A stretch of DNA of 64,000 nt, taken from positions 14,260,001 through 14,324,000 of the forward strand of contig OZ024751.1 in the NCBI GenBank assembly GCA_964016885.1, in the 5' to 3' direction. A program made the translations under genes and the position numbers. The DNA is from Eledone cirrhosa. Taxonomy: Eukaryota. Below, piece by piece: positions 27,425-40,610 of the stretch. Within the stretch, counting starts at the first letter, position 1. Each line of letters starts with the position of its first letter. The notes beneath the pieces are model-generated. The model had not been told where the DNA came from, did not search any database, and was given only the letters and a program-made list of their open reading frames with translations.

Positions 27425-28421
27425 AAATAAAGGATTGAGTTCATGCAATTGACTTATGTTTCGTCACTATATATATATATATATATATAGACAAAATAAG
27501 AAAGAGAGAGAGAGAGATATAGTGACTATGTGACAGATTATATATATATATGAGAGAGAGAGAGATGAAGAGATTATGATTTTTGTCAACACGCTGTCAC
27601 GTTATGTGTATGTGCGTGTGTGTGTCTGTGCATATACATACATTTATATGTATAAAAAAAATAATAAAATGCTTACAGAATGAAAACAAATATATACAAG
27701 GGAAAGGAAAAAAGAAAGAGAAAAAAACACAGAAGCAGGTAGTGCAAACATCTAGGACCACATATAACAAAAGGCAGGCGAAAGGGGTGGACAAACGAGC
27801 TGCTACCAGAGCAAAAGATAACAATATCACAAAGAGCATGGGGAAGCCTCTCTAATAATTTTTAAGGCAAGCCAACACACTCGCAGTATTACCTTGGGTG
27901 ATGGCGAGGCTGAGGTGCTGGAACAACCAAGCGCCCACACGAGCATCACCAGTTACCTCAGTTAGGCGAGCCACCAGTGAAGATAAGAACCTCACAGTGT
28001 GTTTGATACAAAACTGCCTGAAATTGCCCTCGTTTTGTGGTACAAAACTGATTAACCCTTTAGCATTTATATTACTCTATATTTACAATTGTATTTTTCT
28101 GGTAAAGGCTTTACCTCAATATTTCACATAATATTGAATCTATGAGATTTTGATAATATTTATTTTGAGAACAATACCTTAACATCAGTATGAGCAGCCA
28201 GTTATGGCCGGTTTAAGCAGAAAGAAGTGAGAGAATTCTGGCTGGATATGGTCGGTTTAAATGCTAAAGGGTGAAATGGATTGCATCTGTTATTCAGTGG
28301 TTAGTATTGGGTGGAAAGTTAACTAACCTACACAGTGTCTGATTGACGGTAGTTGGCTAGCTGGTTTGACGGGTGCTTGGAGTGAAGGGAAGGAATTGCT
28401 AGCTAGGTGGCTAGCTTGCTC

Positions 28422-30096
28422 TCTGGGGGAACTAGTCTGTTAGTTGGGACTGGGGGAACTAGTCTGTTAGTTGGGTCTGGGGGAACTAGTCTGTTAGTTG
28501 GGACTGGGGGAACTAGCCTGTTAGTTGGGTCTGGGAGAACTAGCCTGTTAGTTGGGTCTGGGGGAACTAGTCTCTTAGTTGGGACTGGGGGAACTAGTCT
28601 GTTAGTTGGGTCTGGGGGAACTAGTCTGTTAGTTGGGTCTGGGGGAACTAGTCTCTTAGTTGGGACTGGGGGAACTAGTCTGTTAGTTGGGACTGGGGGA
28701 ACTAGTCTGTTAGTTGGGACTGGGGGAACTAGTCTGTTAGTTGGGTCTGGGGGAACTAGTCTGTTAGTTGGGACTGGGGGAACTAGTCTGTTAGTTGGGA
28801 CTGGGGGAACTAGTCTGTTAGTTGGGTCTGGGGGAACTAGTCTGTTAGTTGGGTCTGGGGGAACTAGCCTGTTAGTTGGGTCTGGGAGAACTAGCCTCTT
28901 AGTTGGGTCTGGGGGAACTAGTCTCTTAGTTGGGACTGGGGGAACTAGTCTGTTAGTTGGGTCTGGGGGAACTAGTCTGTTAGTTGGGTCTGGGGGAACT
29001 AGTCTCTTAGTTGGGACTGGGGGAACTAGTCTGTTAGTTGGGACTGGGGGAACTAGTCTGTTGGGACTGGGGGAACTAGTCTGTTAGTTGGGTCTGGGGG
29101 AACTAGTCTCTTAGTTGGGTCTGGGGGAACTAGTCTCTTAGTTGGGTCTGGGGGAACTAGTCTCTTAGTTGGGTCTGGGGGAACTAGTCTCTTAGTTGGG
29201 ACTGGGGGAACTAGTCTGTTAGTTGGGACTGGGGGAACTAGTCTGTTAGTTGGGACTGGGGGAACTAGTCTGTTAGTTGGGACTGGGGGAACTAGTCTGT
29301 TAGTTGGGTCTGGGGGAACTAGTCTGTTAGTTGGGTCTGGGGGAACTAGTCTGTTAGTTGGGTCTGGGGGAACTAGTCTGTTAGTTGGGTCTGGGGGAAC
29401 TAGTCTGTTAGTTGGGACTGGGGGAACTAGTCTGTTAGTTGGTACTGGGGGAACTAGTCTGTTAGTTGGGACTGGGGGAACTAGTCTGTTAGTTGGGTCT
29501 GGGGGAACTAGCCTGTTAGTTGGGACTGGGGGAACTAGCCTGTTAGTTGGGTCTGGGGGAACTAGTCTGTTAGTTGGGACTGGGGGAACTAGTCTGTTAG
29601 TTGGGACTGGGGGAACTAGTCTGTTAGTTGGGTCTGGGGGAACTAGCCTGTTAGTTGGGTCTGGGAGAACTAGCCTGTTAGTTGGGTCTGGGGGAACTAG
29701 TCTGTTAGTTGGGACTGGGGGAACTAGTCTGTTAGTTGGGACTGGGGGAACTAGTCTGTTAGTTGGGACTGGGGGAACTAGTCTGTTAGTTGGGTCTGGG
29801 GGAACTAGCCTGTTAGTTGGGACTGGGGGAACTAGCCTGTTAGTTGGGTCTGGGGGAACTAGTCTGTTAGTTGGGACTGGGGGAACTAGTCTGTTAGTTG
29901 GGACTGGGGGAACTAGTCTGTTAGTTGGGACTGGGGGAACTAGTCTGTTAGTTGGGACTGGGGGAACTAGCCTGTTAGTTGGGACTGGGGGAACTAGCCT
30001 GTTAGTTGGGACTGGGGGAACTAGTCTGTTAGTTGGGTCTGGGGGAACTAGTCTGTTAGTTGGGTCTGGGGGAACTAGTCTGTTAGTTGGGTCTGG
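28422..30096. repeat. 27-bp G-rich minisatellite (~60 copies)
   Basis: gggggaactagtctgttagttggg(a/t)ct. Confidence 0.98.
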
Positions 30097-31239
30097 TAGG
30101 ATAAGTATTTGAAGGTATGTAACATATATCAGAATATATGAGACTGCTAGAGGAGAAAGGTCCAATTAGCTGCTGCTGCTGTTGTTGTTGTTGTTGTCTA
30201 GCCCCAGGCCAGCAGCTAACCAGTAGATGACATTACTGAATGTTATTGATATCACAAGTCATATGAAGTTTTTTTCTTTAAAACTGATAGCTTACTGGCC
30301 CATAACAAATAGACCATGACATTGTCTACTTAGTAGTAGTGGTGGTGGTGGTGGTGGTAGTAATAATAGATGTGGTGGTGGTGTTGGTAGTAATAGTTGT
30401 AGTAATAGTAGTAGTGGTGGTAGTAATAGTAGCAGTAGTAGTGGTGTTGGTAGTAATAGTTGTAGTAATAGTAGCAGTTGTAGTAGTAGTAGTGGCAGTA
30501 ATAGTAGTGGTGTTGGTAGTAATAGTAGTAGTGTTGTGACTGTGATGATGACAGCAGTAGTGGTAGCAACAGCAGTAAGCAGTGGTAATGGTGGTAGTAG
30601 AGGTGCTGTAACTTTGTTCCCGCTCTTAGAACTATTGATTCAGCTAGACCCTAGTTCATACCTGGTACATTGATATCAACCATCACCATCATCAACACCA
30701 CCTGAAAAGTATGAAAGGCAAAGTCTGTTCCTATGGAACAGCACCTTCAACCTAATTTCCAAATGTCCCTCCACTCATGATCTTATGACCAAGTTCCTCT
30801 AAGTAGTTTAAGACTAACCAAGGTCAACTTTACCTTTCATCTTTCTGTGTTTGATAAATTAAAGAGAAAGGAAGTCATTCAATGAGATCCCAGACCTCAT
30901 TTGCTTACTGAGTGAGGTGGACCTTGTCAAATTGGACCAAGGAAACAATGTTTCCATTGGTCTTTCCATTGCTGATACTATCTACTGGTCACAACTCCTG
31001 GCAGAAGGAGCAATGTGAAATAAAGTGTCTTATTCAAGGACATTGCCTTGTCCTGGAATCGAACTCGCAACCTCATGATTGAGAATCCAATTTTCTAACC
31101 ATTAAGCCACATACCTTCGCTAGGTAAAATAAAGTTTTAAAAATTGGTGATCGATATAAACAACTTTCCCCTCCTGCCATTAAATTGTTGGCCTTCAGCC
31201 TAAATAACATATTATTCAACATCTACATGTTTTGTTTAT

Positions 31240-31720
31240 AAAAAATACACCCACTACACTCTGTAAAGTGGTTGGTAAAATGAGGAGAGGGCTCTTTATT
31301 CTGGTTGGTGTCATGATATAATACACCCAGTACACTCTGTAAAGTGGTTGGCAAATGAGGATAAAGAGGGCTTTTAATTCTGGTTGGTGTCATGATAAAA
31401 TACACCCAACACACTCTGTAAAGTGGTTGGCAAATGAGGATAAAGAGGGCTTTTAATTCTGGTTGGTGTTATGATAAAATACACCCAGCACACTCTGTAA
31501 AGTGGTTCGGAAATGAGGGTAGACAACATAGGGTAGAGAGGGGTCTTTATTCTGGTTGATATGATAAAATACACCCACTACACTCTAAAGCAGTTGGCAA
31601 ATAATAGGAAACAATATTATTCTGGTCAAAGAGAAAACAAGTTCTCTAATATTGGTGCCATGATAAAATACACCCAGTACACTCTGTAAAGTGGTTGGTG
31701 TTAGAAAGGGTATCCAGTCA
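31240..31720. repeat. Tandem array derived from a LINE/SINE 3' tail; a similar array lies on the - strand at about 56320-56910
   Basis: aaaatacacccagtacactctgtaaagtggttgg repeated about 6 times. Confidence 0.8.
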
Positions 31721-31856
31721 TAAAAACCATCCAAAATGTACACTGCATGAGCAAAGCAAGATTGTCCAACACATCTTGGAGAGCAATAACTCTAAATAAG
31801 GATGAATTGGACCATGATGACCTGCCAAACCGATGACAGCAGGGAAGGCAAACATA

Positions 31857-32256
31857 CAAAGGGGTTGCTGATAAATCCCTGGCTTTAAGGGTATTTAAAC
31901 CGATCTTATCTGGACAGAATTCTCTCACATCTTTCTGTTCAAACTGGCTATAACTGGCCGCTCATACTGATGTTATGGTATTGTTCTTAAAATAAATCAT
32001 ATCAAAATTTCATAGGTTCGATATTATGTGAGGTATAGCCTCTACTGTAAAAATACAAAAGTAAATATAGAGTAATGTAAATGCTAAAGGGTTATGAAGG
32101 CCAAACCTTTCAAGTTCTTTTTACAGAGCTTAAAAAACTGTAGTACAGCTGTAATAATTGTGTGAATCAGGGGAATATGTTGAATAAAATCATAATTAAC
32201 TGATCCTCCTGTATTTTCTTTTACCTAAAGCCAGAAACTTTTCAGCTACCCCTCAT
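31857..32256. mobile_element. Mariner-type MITE with a nested piggyBac-type MITE
   Basis: aggggttgctgataaatccctggcttt...aaagccagaaacttttcagctacccctc. A similar element type lies at about 42470-42672. Confidence 0.7.
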
Positions 32257-32329
32257 ACATTTATGATGATGATGATGATGAAAATTGTATAGACTTTAAC
32301 ATTAATAAATTACAGTAAACTATATATTA

Positions 32330-33110
32330 AAATAACAATCGAAATCCCCAATAGGGAGGAACGTTACTGCGGGGTTGTTTTACACCCCGTAGATAGTACA
32401 ACCCTCAACACCAGGAGCACGGTTTGTATACAGAGAAAGCCCATTCACTCGGGTCCTTTTCGTCACATTCACCCACCTTTCAGCAAATTTACTGGGAAGC
32501 AGCACCTCTCTCTACACTCTCACCTTCCTTCTGAAGTGGTATTTAAAGAAGGGGATGAGTTGTTTGCCCTCACTCCCTTCAACCTCGTCCACCATATTAC
32601 CTCTTTCGCCATAGCCACCAGACAGAGGAAAACTGCCTCTCCTTCGTTCTTAAATGAAGGCGGCAGGGTGATCCTCACAATGGACTCAGCTGACAACTGG
32701 ATGTGTCCCGTATGTGACAGTAGCAGTTCCACATAATTCTACAGGTCGGTCACTCCTGGGCACTGAACAATTGCGTGCAGAACGGTTTCAATGGCCTTTT
32801 TGCATTTGGACAGGTCCTTTTGGAAGGATCTCTGCGAGGGCATCTGTGCCTGCAGATTTTGTCTCAAACTGGTAGAGCTCTTTGGTAGCACTGCCAGGCC
32901 AGAGACTTCTGGAAGTTACCCATAGGCTCTGGGCGGAAAGTCCTCCCGAACAGACTGGCCAGTTTATCCTCTTCGATGCCCAAAGTCTCTCTGAGAATGT
33001 TGATGTGGAGTCTCCACTGATTGCTGTTTCCGCTTGGTAGAGGGCTGTGAGCGCCTGAATGCACTCGAGGTGCCAGACAGGTAGGTAGATAGACAGGCAG
33101 ACACAGGCCC
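32330..33110 (-). mobile_element. Tx1/L1-like LINE 3' fragment (zf-RVT region)
   Basis: SLAWQCYQRALPV...CKKAIETVLHAIVQCP...AMAKEVIWWTRLKG, with stops. Confidence 0.75.
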
Positions 33111-33554
33111 ATACGTAGTTTAAGTGTCATGTAGACTACAGACTCTAGTGTATATATCTAGGTTGACTGCATCTTACAGTAAAAATGACCAAGTAGGCCA
33201 CATGGTAGATAATAGCCTGAAAAACGTTAATCACTGCATGTGGGGAGGGGGTCTCTGTGTGTGTGTGTATATATGTCTGTATGCATGAGTGTGTGTCAAT
33301 ATATATATATGTGTGTATGTGGCTGTCAGTATATATATGTGTGTGTCTGCCAGTATATAAATATATGTGTGTTAGTATATAAATATATATGTGTGTCTGT
33401 GTGTGTGTGACCTACATTGTTATCTGCCATTCTGTCTATGTCATCTGTTTAGGCAGACTTTCCATGTAGGGATGGATTGGACAGTAGTTTCACACTATAT
33501 ATCCTGTATGTATCTGTATAGTATATATATATATATATATGTTTGTGTGTGTGT

Positions 33555-33614
<60 letters not shown>

Positions 33615-33721
33615 ACTCCACAACCCACTTTGCATCACTGCATCATACACTTTGTATTTCTGCTTAGTCAGAGATACAAAAAAATTCCATTTTATTTTTC
33701 ACATTATATACCTTATATGTG

Positions 33722-33885
33722 CAGTGGGGGACTTACCTAAGCTAAATAAGGTATAGTTTAGGGCTACACAACCCCTTGAGGGCCTCAATGTAGCCAGTGG
33801 TGGACTTACCTAAGCTAAATAAGGTATAGTTTAGGGCTATACAACCCCTTGAGGGCCTCAATGTAGCCAGTGGTGAACTTACCTC
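33722..33885. repeat. 73-bp tandem duplication
   Basis: acttacct recurs at 33731, 33804 and 33877. Confidence 0.9.
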
Positions 33886-34255
33886 CAAAGATGGAATGTA
33901 CAATCAAGACATGGTCACCTGACCTGTCTAGTCTAGTCTCAATGTAACAACCTGTCTAACCCATGCATGCAGGACGCCAGCCCATCGCAAGGTTGAACCT
34001 CCACCTATTGCTGGTACTCATTTTCAGCTGAGTATATGGAGCAATGTGAAATGAAGTGTTTTGTTCAAGAACACAATGCGCAACCCAACCCAGAAATCTA
34101 ACCCACAACATTACGATTGTCCAACACCCTTACTACTAGGCCACGTGCCTTCACCTAACCCATGCAAGCATGGAAAATAGATCTTAAATGGTGTGATGAT
34201 AATATATATATATATATTAAAAAAGAAAACTTTTTCGCTCTACATGGCTGAATAC

Positions 34256-34460
34256 AATAAATGTAATCTGAGCTTTTCAAATATTAATAATAACATTCGA
34301 TTCGTTTACAATTATGCAAACAAGCCTCAATTTTATAGCCATGTCAGTAGAATGAAGGGTTCATTCTACTGACATGGCTATAAAATTGAGGCTTGTTTGC
34401 ATAATTGCAAACAAATCGAATGTTATTATTAATATTTGAAAAACTCAGATTACATTTATT
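34256..34460. repeat. Near-perfect palindrome, 101-bp arms, 3-nt spacer
   Basis: Centre aatgaa-ggg-ttcatt; three mismatches. Confidence 0.95.
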
Positions 34461-34672
34461 ATATATATATATACTTACTTTATTATATATATATATACTT
34501 ACTTTATTATATATATATATACTTACTTTATTATATATATATATACTTACTTTATTATATATATATATACTTACTTTATTATATATATATATACTTACAT
34601 TTATTATATATATATATACTTACTTTATTATATATATATATACTTACATTTATTATATATATATATACTTAC
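34455..34672. repeat. ~24-bp AT-rich minisatellite
   Basis: atatatatatatacttactttatt. Confidence 0.92.
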
Positions 34673-34732
34673 TGTGGTTACCTCCGATTCAACCCGGAAT
34701 AACTTACCTATATATATATATATATATATATA

Positions 34733-35622
34733 CAGGGTGCGGACGATATTTGTTTGCAAAATTACTGTCTAGGAAAAAATAACACTAGTTTTATTTTTTA
34801 AGATATATTTATCAAACTTGGGTCAGTTTGTCTTCATGACTTGTTCTTTCCATCTCACTCAATAAACCCGCTATTGGCTTTGATGACGGCCTCAAGGCGA
34901 CCTCGGAACTGGCTACAGATCTTCGTCACTGTCCCCCGACTTAGGCCCCTAAAGGCACTTGTGATCCTGGCCTTCAGATCATCTATCGTATTGCAGCTAG
35001 ATCTGTTGGTGTCTCGTTCCACTGCGCCCCACACAAAGAAGTCGAGGGTGTTGCAGTCAGGCGATCTGGGAGGCCAGATGTCAGGTGAAGTGTGGTCGAC
35101 GAAGTTCTCTGACAGCCAGGCTTGGGTCTTTCGGCTGGTATGGCAGGGCGCTGAGTCTTGCTGCCACACGTACAGCCTACCTGCAGCTACCTGGTCGATC
35201 CAGGGCTTTACTACCTTACTCAGAACGCGGAATTAACCATCGGTGTTCAGCTTGAGGCCCTCAGGGAAGAAGTGAGGTGGCATGACGTCACCTTGACTGC
35301 TGACGACACCTAAGACCAATGTTGTCACTGGAAACTTTGTCTGCATGACTCTGGGCACGTCTTTGGGTGAGACAGCGAGCCATCTGTCGTTCTGGGAGAT
35401 GATCTTCTGGTCTTATTTGTCCTCCCGGCGCGGATTCCAAGAAGAACTCCGTGTCTCTTCCACAAATTTGGAGGTTCAAAATTATTCATAATCAATTATT
35501 CTGAAAATTAATAATGGAAATATAATCACTGTTTTTATGAAGACAAGAGTGACATCAGAAGTAAAAAAAATTTGCATAAAATTAGCAGTTGAAAATTGCG
35601 AACAAATATCGTCCGCACCCTG
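34733..35622 (-). mobile_element. Internally deleted DD37D (maT-type) Tc1/mariner transposon
   Basis: 27-bp TIRs cagggtgcggacgatatttgtt(t/c)gcaa (26/27 match) within TA tracts. The transposase C-terminus WQQDSAPCH...WPPRSPDCNTLDFFVW has 37 residues between the last two Asp. There is a stop upstream and the N-terminus is missing. Confidence 0.92.
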
Positions 35623-36796
35623 TATATATATATATATAGCATGTGCGTATATGTCTAAGATATAAAGACTCTTTTCCTACTACATCAAGCGTTAAACTAA
35701 TATATTTCTCCATTGTACCGTGTTGTTTGGTTTGTTGTTTCGGTTTACATTTTGCATATATATATTACTAGACCACCCGTTGGGTTGCGTTCACTTCGAA
35801 ATATTTTTTAAAAATCATATTCACTTAAAAATAATTTTTAAATAATTAAAATATACGCAGACATGTATATAATGTGAAATGAAACTGGAAGGCCCATATA
35901 TATATACGTGTGTGTATGTATATATATAAATGTGTGTGTGTGTATATATATTTGTAGGTGTCTGATCTATATACACTGGTCATAGACACACACACACACA
36001 CACATATACACAACACCACCAGCTCTCTCTCGCTCTCTTCCATTCACCTTCTCTCCCTCTCTCTATGTCTCTTTTTCAATCTACTCTCTCACAACCACTA
36101 TTTCTTTCTCTCTATCCTTCTCTCTCTCTGTTTATGAAAGTACCCAGAAAAACCCCATATCTTGGGAACCCATGGTATTCCATTTGTATTCCCATTTCAG
36201 GGGCAACTTCCTTTCAAAGGATGTTCCCATTATGCGCCCTTTTGGCTGTATTACATTACAAGCAAGCGCAGAGTTTTAGTAATATATAGAGATACATGCA
36301 TATATACACACACACATATATATACATATATATATATGCATATAAACACATACACACACATATATATATGCATATACACACACATATATATATATACACA
36401 CACACATATATATATATATGTGTGTGTGTGTATGTATAACTTCTGTAATGCCATTGATTTATGCACCACCGTATATTGCATAAAATTACAAACACAATGA
36501 TAAAGCACAAAACATTGAAACATCATGGCGTGCAAAGGTGCAATTTTAAATATTTCGTAATGGAAACTGTAAGTGTGTACACCTGACTGACTTCATATAT
36601 CTCAATTTATTGATGACAAGCAAGTATTAGCTTATACATACATATACATTATATATATCAGAATGAAGGCGGTAAAAACCAGTTAGACCATTACTCACAA
36701 TAATTTTCAATACTTGGGTTAGTAGAGTAGAGCGGGTAATATAAAGAAATTCAGGACCCCAAACGGCCGGAGCTCAGTTGTCAGGGTCCTGGATGT

Positions 36797-36837
<41 letters not shown>

Positions 36838-38019
36838 CAAAAAGTCTTAGTTTCACGCTTTATATGTTTATATGGAAAAGGGCAAAGAAAGTTCGACATG
36901 TCAGGCTTTAGCCCTTCTTCAGGAGTATAAAATAGAGACAGGGTCACAAAGGATAGATACAGGACATAAAAGGTAGTCCAAGTAAAAAAAAAAACGAAAA
37001 TGAAGATTGTAAACAAGAAAAACCATTAGGTAGTCTTGGTAACAATTTTGGAATGCAAAGTAAAGTTTATATATATAATAATTGTTTCTACTTTAGGAAC
37101 AAGGCCAGCAATTTTGGTGGAGGGAAAAGTCGATTAAATCGACCCCAGTGTGTGACTGGTACTTTATTTTATCTACCCCATAAAAATGAAAGGCAAAGCT
37201 AACCTCGGCATTATTTAAACTCAGAACGTAAAGGACCGTAACTCTATGCTGCAAAGCATGGCGTCCGACGCTTATTAATAATAATTGTTTCTACTTTTCG
37301 TAAAAGGCCAGTAATAATAATGGTTTCTGATTTAAGACCAACAATTTTGGAGGGGGAATGTCGATGAAATCAACCCCCGGGCATAACTGGTACTTTGTTT
37401 TACCAACCCTGTAAGGATGAAAGGTAAAGTTAACCTTGGCAGGATTTGAACTCAGAATAATAATAAGGGTTTAGATTGTTATCCAGTGATTTCAATCTTG
37501 TTTTCAATTTGCTCAACAGATTCGTTTGGAGCCTACACAAAAGGGGTAATTGTAATATAACGTCCCAGTTTATATATATATATATGCACACATGCTTGCA
37601 TGTGTGTGTGTATATGTATATATTGATATATATATTTATCATCATCATCATCATCATCAACGTTTAACGTCCGTGTTCCACGCTTGCATGGGTTTGGACG
37701 GGGGTTTTCCCACTTGCGGCAAGAGTGATTGTCTTGCTTGCATAGGACTGTCTGGCGGTTTTTCTACAGCTGGATGCCCTTCCTAACACCAACCACATTT
37801 ACAGTGTGGGGCTGGGAGGTTTTTACCGTGTTGCCTACACGGCCACATTACAGCGTGGACTGTCTGACGGGTTTTCTACAGCTGGATGCCCTTCCTACTA
37901 TTTGGGGCAGGTAAAATTTATATATATGTGTGTGTATATATATACATATATACATATATATATATATACATACACACACACACACATGCTTGCGTGTGTG
38001 AGTGTGTATATATGTATAC

Positions 38020-38750
38020 AAATGGTCTTTGAAAATCATGCAATTCATGTATAAAGATGCAACCAGTAAGGTGAGAGTTTGCAATGAGTACAGGGATGAA
38101 TTTGAAGTGCATGCTGAGGTCCACTTCTGTTTATTATTGTTCTACACTGAAGTGTTTAAAATTAGCACTCCATGGGAATTCTTGTATCCTGATGACCTAG
38201 TGCTTATAGCTGAACCCATGTGAGAGAGGCAAACTTCCAAGCATGGTAGTAAAACCTGGAGTTAAAAGGCCTAAAAGTAAAAATAAGGTGCACTCAGTGT
38301 AATGTATGGATTCACAAGAGATGTAATAGTATTACAGACAGGTTAATGGAGAAAAACTTTGTATGTGGAAGGTGCACAGGAGAAGTACTAAGAACATGTG
38401 AAATAAATACCCTCAGCTGCCATGGAGGCTCCTTAGAAATTGTTGACAGATTTTATTACCTAAGTAACCAAATCATCAAGGAGGAGGATTCTCTGAAAGG
38501 GTAATAATCTAGGTAAGAACAGTTTCTAAGAAGTTTAGGGAGCTGGTAACTCTGCTGACAACAAAGGGCTTCTCTCTCTGAGTGAAAGGTAGACTTTTCA
38601 CAATGCCTGTGTGCATACTGAAATGCTACATGGCAGTGAAAGATGAGCTTTGACTGCAGAAGACTTGAAAGAAATGAAGCATGTATGCTCCAATAGATAT
38701 GTAATGCTAATGTGCATGAACAACATAGTATAGAGTGGTTGGCAATAGAG
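38020..38750 (+). mobile_element. Degenerate RTE LINE RT fragment
   Basis: SKVRVCNEYRDEFEV...PWEFLYPDDLVLIAE, with multiple frameshifts. Confidence 0.85.
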
Positions 38751-39034
38751 GGCTCTTCAGTTGCGACAATGACAATCTTGCAAGTGCTGGTACCACGAAA
38801 ATGCACTCAGTACACCCTGTAAGGTCGTTAGCAATAGGAAATGCACCTTGCTGTAGAAACCATAGTAAAAAGGGTTGAGAGGACCTTTCAGTTGTGTCAA
38901 AGGCATGACAACCAATCTACATGATAAAAGTACCCAAGTACACATTATAAAATTGTTAGTGATGGACATCCAGCTATAGAAAGCTTGCCAAGCAATATAA
39001 AACCTTTAGCATTTGCATTACCCTATATTTAATA

Positions 39035-39209
39035 AGGGCGGTGGATTGGCAGTGTCGGAAGCCATGCTTTCCAGCATAGTTACGTCCCTTTATGATCTGA
39101 GTTCAAATCCGGCCGAGGTTGACTTTGCCTTTCATCCTTACGGGGTCGATAAAATAAAGTACCAGTAATGCACTGGGTAATTGCTGGCCTTGTGCCTAAA
39201 GTAGAAACA
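39035..39209 (+). mobile_element. SINE family B nested in a piggyBac-type MITE, 18-bp TSD
   Basis: TSD attaccctatatttaata at 39017-39034 and 39210-39227. Confidence 0.9.
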
Positions 39210-39463
39210 ATTACCCTATATTTAATATTGTATTTTCGTGGTAAAGGTTTTAACTCACATAATATCGAATCTATGAAATTTTGATCTTATATATTTTGAG
39301 AACCATATCTTAATGTTGGATGAGCAGCCGGTTATGGCCGGTTTGAACAGAAAGAGATGAGAGAATTCTGGCTGGATGTAGCCAGTTTAAATGCTAAAGG
39401 GCTAAGAGAACATTTTTCTCACATTTTCCCTTCATTTTTTAAAAATTTCCTTTCATGCTGCAG

Positions 39464-39582
39464 GTGTGGAATTGATCCAGAGATTCGCAATAACGACAAT
39501 AAAACAGCTGAAGGTATATTACTGGAAACAAAACCGGAAGGTTGGCAAGAGATGTTATTGTGGTACAATAAATTCAAACCAG
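39464..39582 (+). CDS. Ankyrin-repeat protein, exon 2
   Basis: Acceptor tttcatgctgcag|G completes the Arg codon. Encodes (R)CGIDPEIRNNDNKTAEGILL...NKFKP(G). Donor G|GTAAAT, phase 1. The join gives LVALMRCGIDPEIRN, a typical ANK junction. Confidence 0.9.
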
Positions 39583-39733
39583 GTAAATATGAGAAGAAAT
39601 TAAGACTGTGTTGTAGTTTGCTTGAAACTGTGTGTTATATATATATAACAATGAACAAAGGGTGTGGTAAGATACCAGGTGGACCATAACGTGCCAGAGT
39701 ACTCAATACTTAGGGTAGTAGTAGAGTGGGTAA

Positions 39734-39840
39734 TAGGAAAAGAGTCAGGACCCCGACGGCTGAGCTCCAGCCATTTCGACAGCTAGATTTAGCTGCCGAA
39801 ACGGCTGTAGCTCAGCTGTAGGGGTCCTGGTCTTTTCCTA
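39734..39840. repeat. GC-rich fold-back element; shorter relative at about 36750-36795
   Basis: taggaaaaga-gtcaggacccc...ggggtcctgg-tcttttccta. Confidence 0.8.
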
Positions 39841-40402
39841 TATATATATATCGGAGATGGATGAACTCTGCCAGGTTAAAAATGCTACAATGGTAGCCCT
39901 ACAACTCCATCAAAAGTTAACGGTGCATGGCATGGTGTGTTTATGTATGTATGATGAATCTCATTGTATGGCCCCACTGGTGACTTCTATAAATCACAAT
40001 ATGTCCTGTAGTTCAGTGAAGTTATGTGGTATATACCATACCTTTTAAATAAACTGTAGAGTGACAAGAAGGGTATGTGGTCAAGAAAGAAGAGCCTTAA
40101 CCCTTTAGCATTTACTCTATATTTACTATTGTATTTTCACAGTAAAGGCTTTAGCTTACATAATTATCTCACAATATTGAATCCACGAGATTATTAAATG
40201 CTAAAGGGTTAAAAAGTCTCAGTTAACCCTTACCAACACGGTAAAATAGGCTTAAATACAATGATATCTTTATCATTGTATTTACATGGGACTTGGGGGA
40301 GGGGAGAGCCCTTACATGAGTTAAATGAGTCCTCTCCAGTAGAATACCCCTTTATCTCTTTCTTTCCTCTGTCATCTCCTTTGTGAAGTTCAGTTTCTTT
40401 AA

Positions 40403-40610
40403 CCCTTTAGCATTTAAACCGGCCATATTAGGTCAGAATTCTCTCACCTCTTTCTGCTCAAACCAACCATAACTGGCTGCTCATATTTATGTTAAGGTAT
40501 TGTTCTCAAAATAAATAATATCAAAATCTCGTAGATTCGATATTATGTGAAATAAAGTGTTTACTGTGAAAATACAATAGTATGTATAGAGTAATGTAAA
40601 TGCTAAAGGG
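40403..40610. mobile_element. piggyBac-type MITE (~210 bp, TTAA TSD). About 10 copies: ~1-33, 18404-18611, 19768-19987, 28056-28271, 31890-32091, 39003-39401, 40100-40208, 40743-41166, 57160-57356
   Basis: TTAA-CCCTTTAGCATTTA...TAAATGCTAAAGGG-TTAA, a perfect 14-bp TIR. Confidence 0.9.

Noticed and set aside
28407-30165. 226-aa and 370-aa repetitive ORFs
   Set aside because: Translations of a 27-bp minisatellite.
33722-33885. Minus-strand AGGTAAGT donors suggesting an antisense gene
   Set aside because: They lie in a 73-bp tandem duplication, with no credible coding exon or acceptor.
34841-35236. 131-aa + strand ORF
   Set aside because: Antisense shadow of the DD37D transposase fragment.
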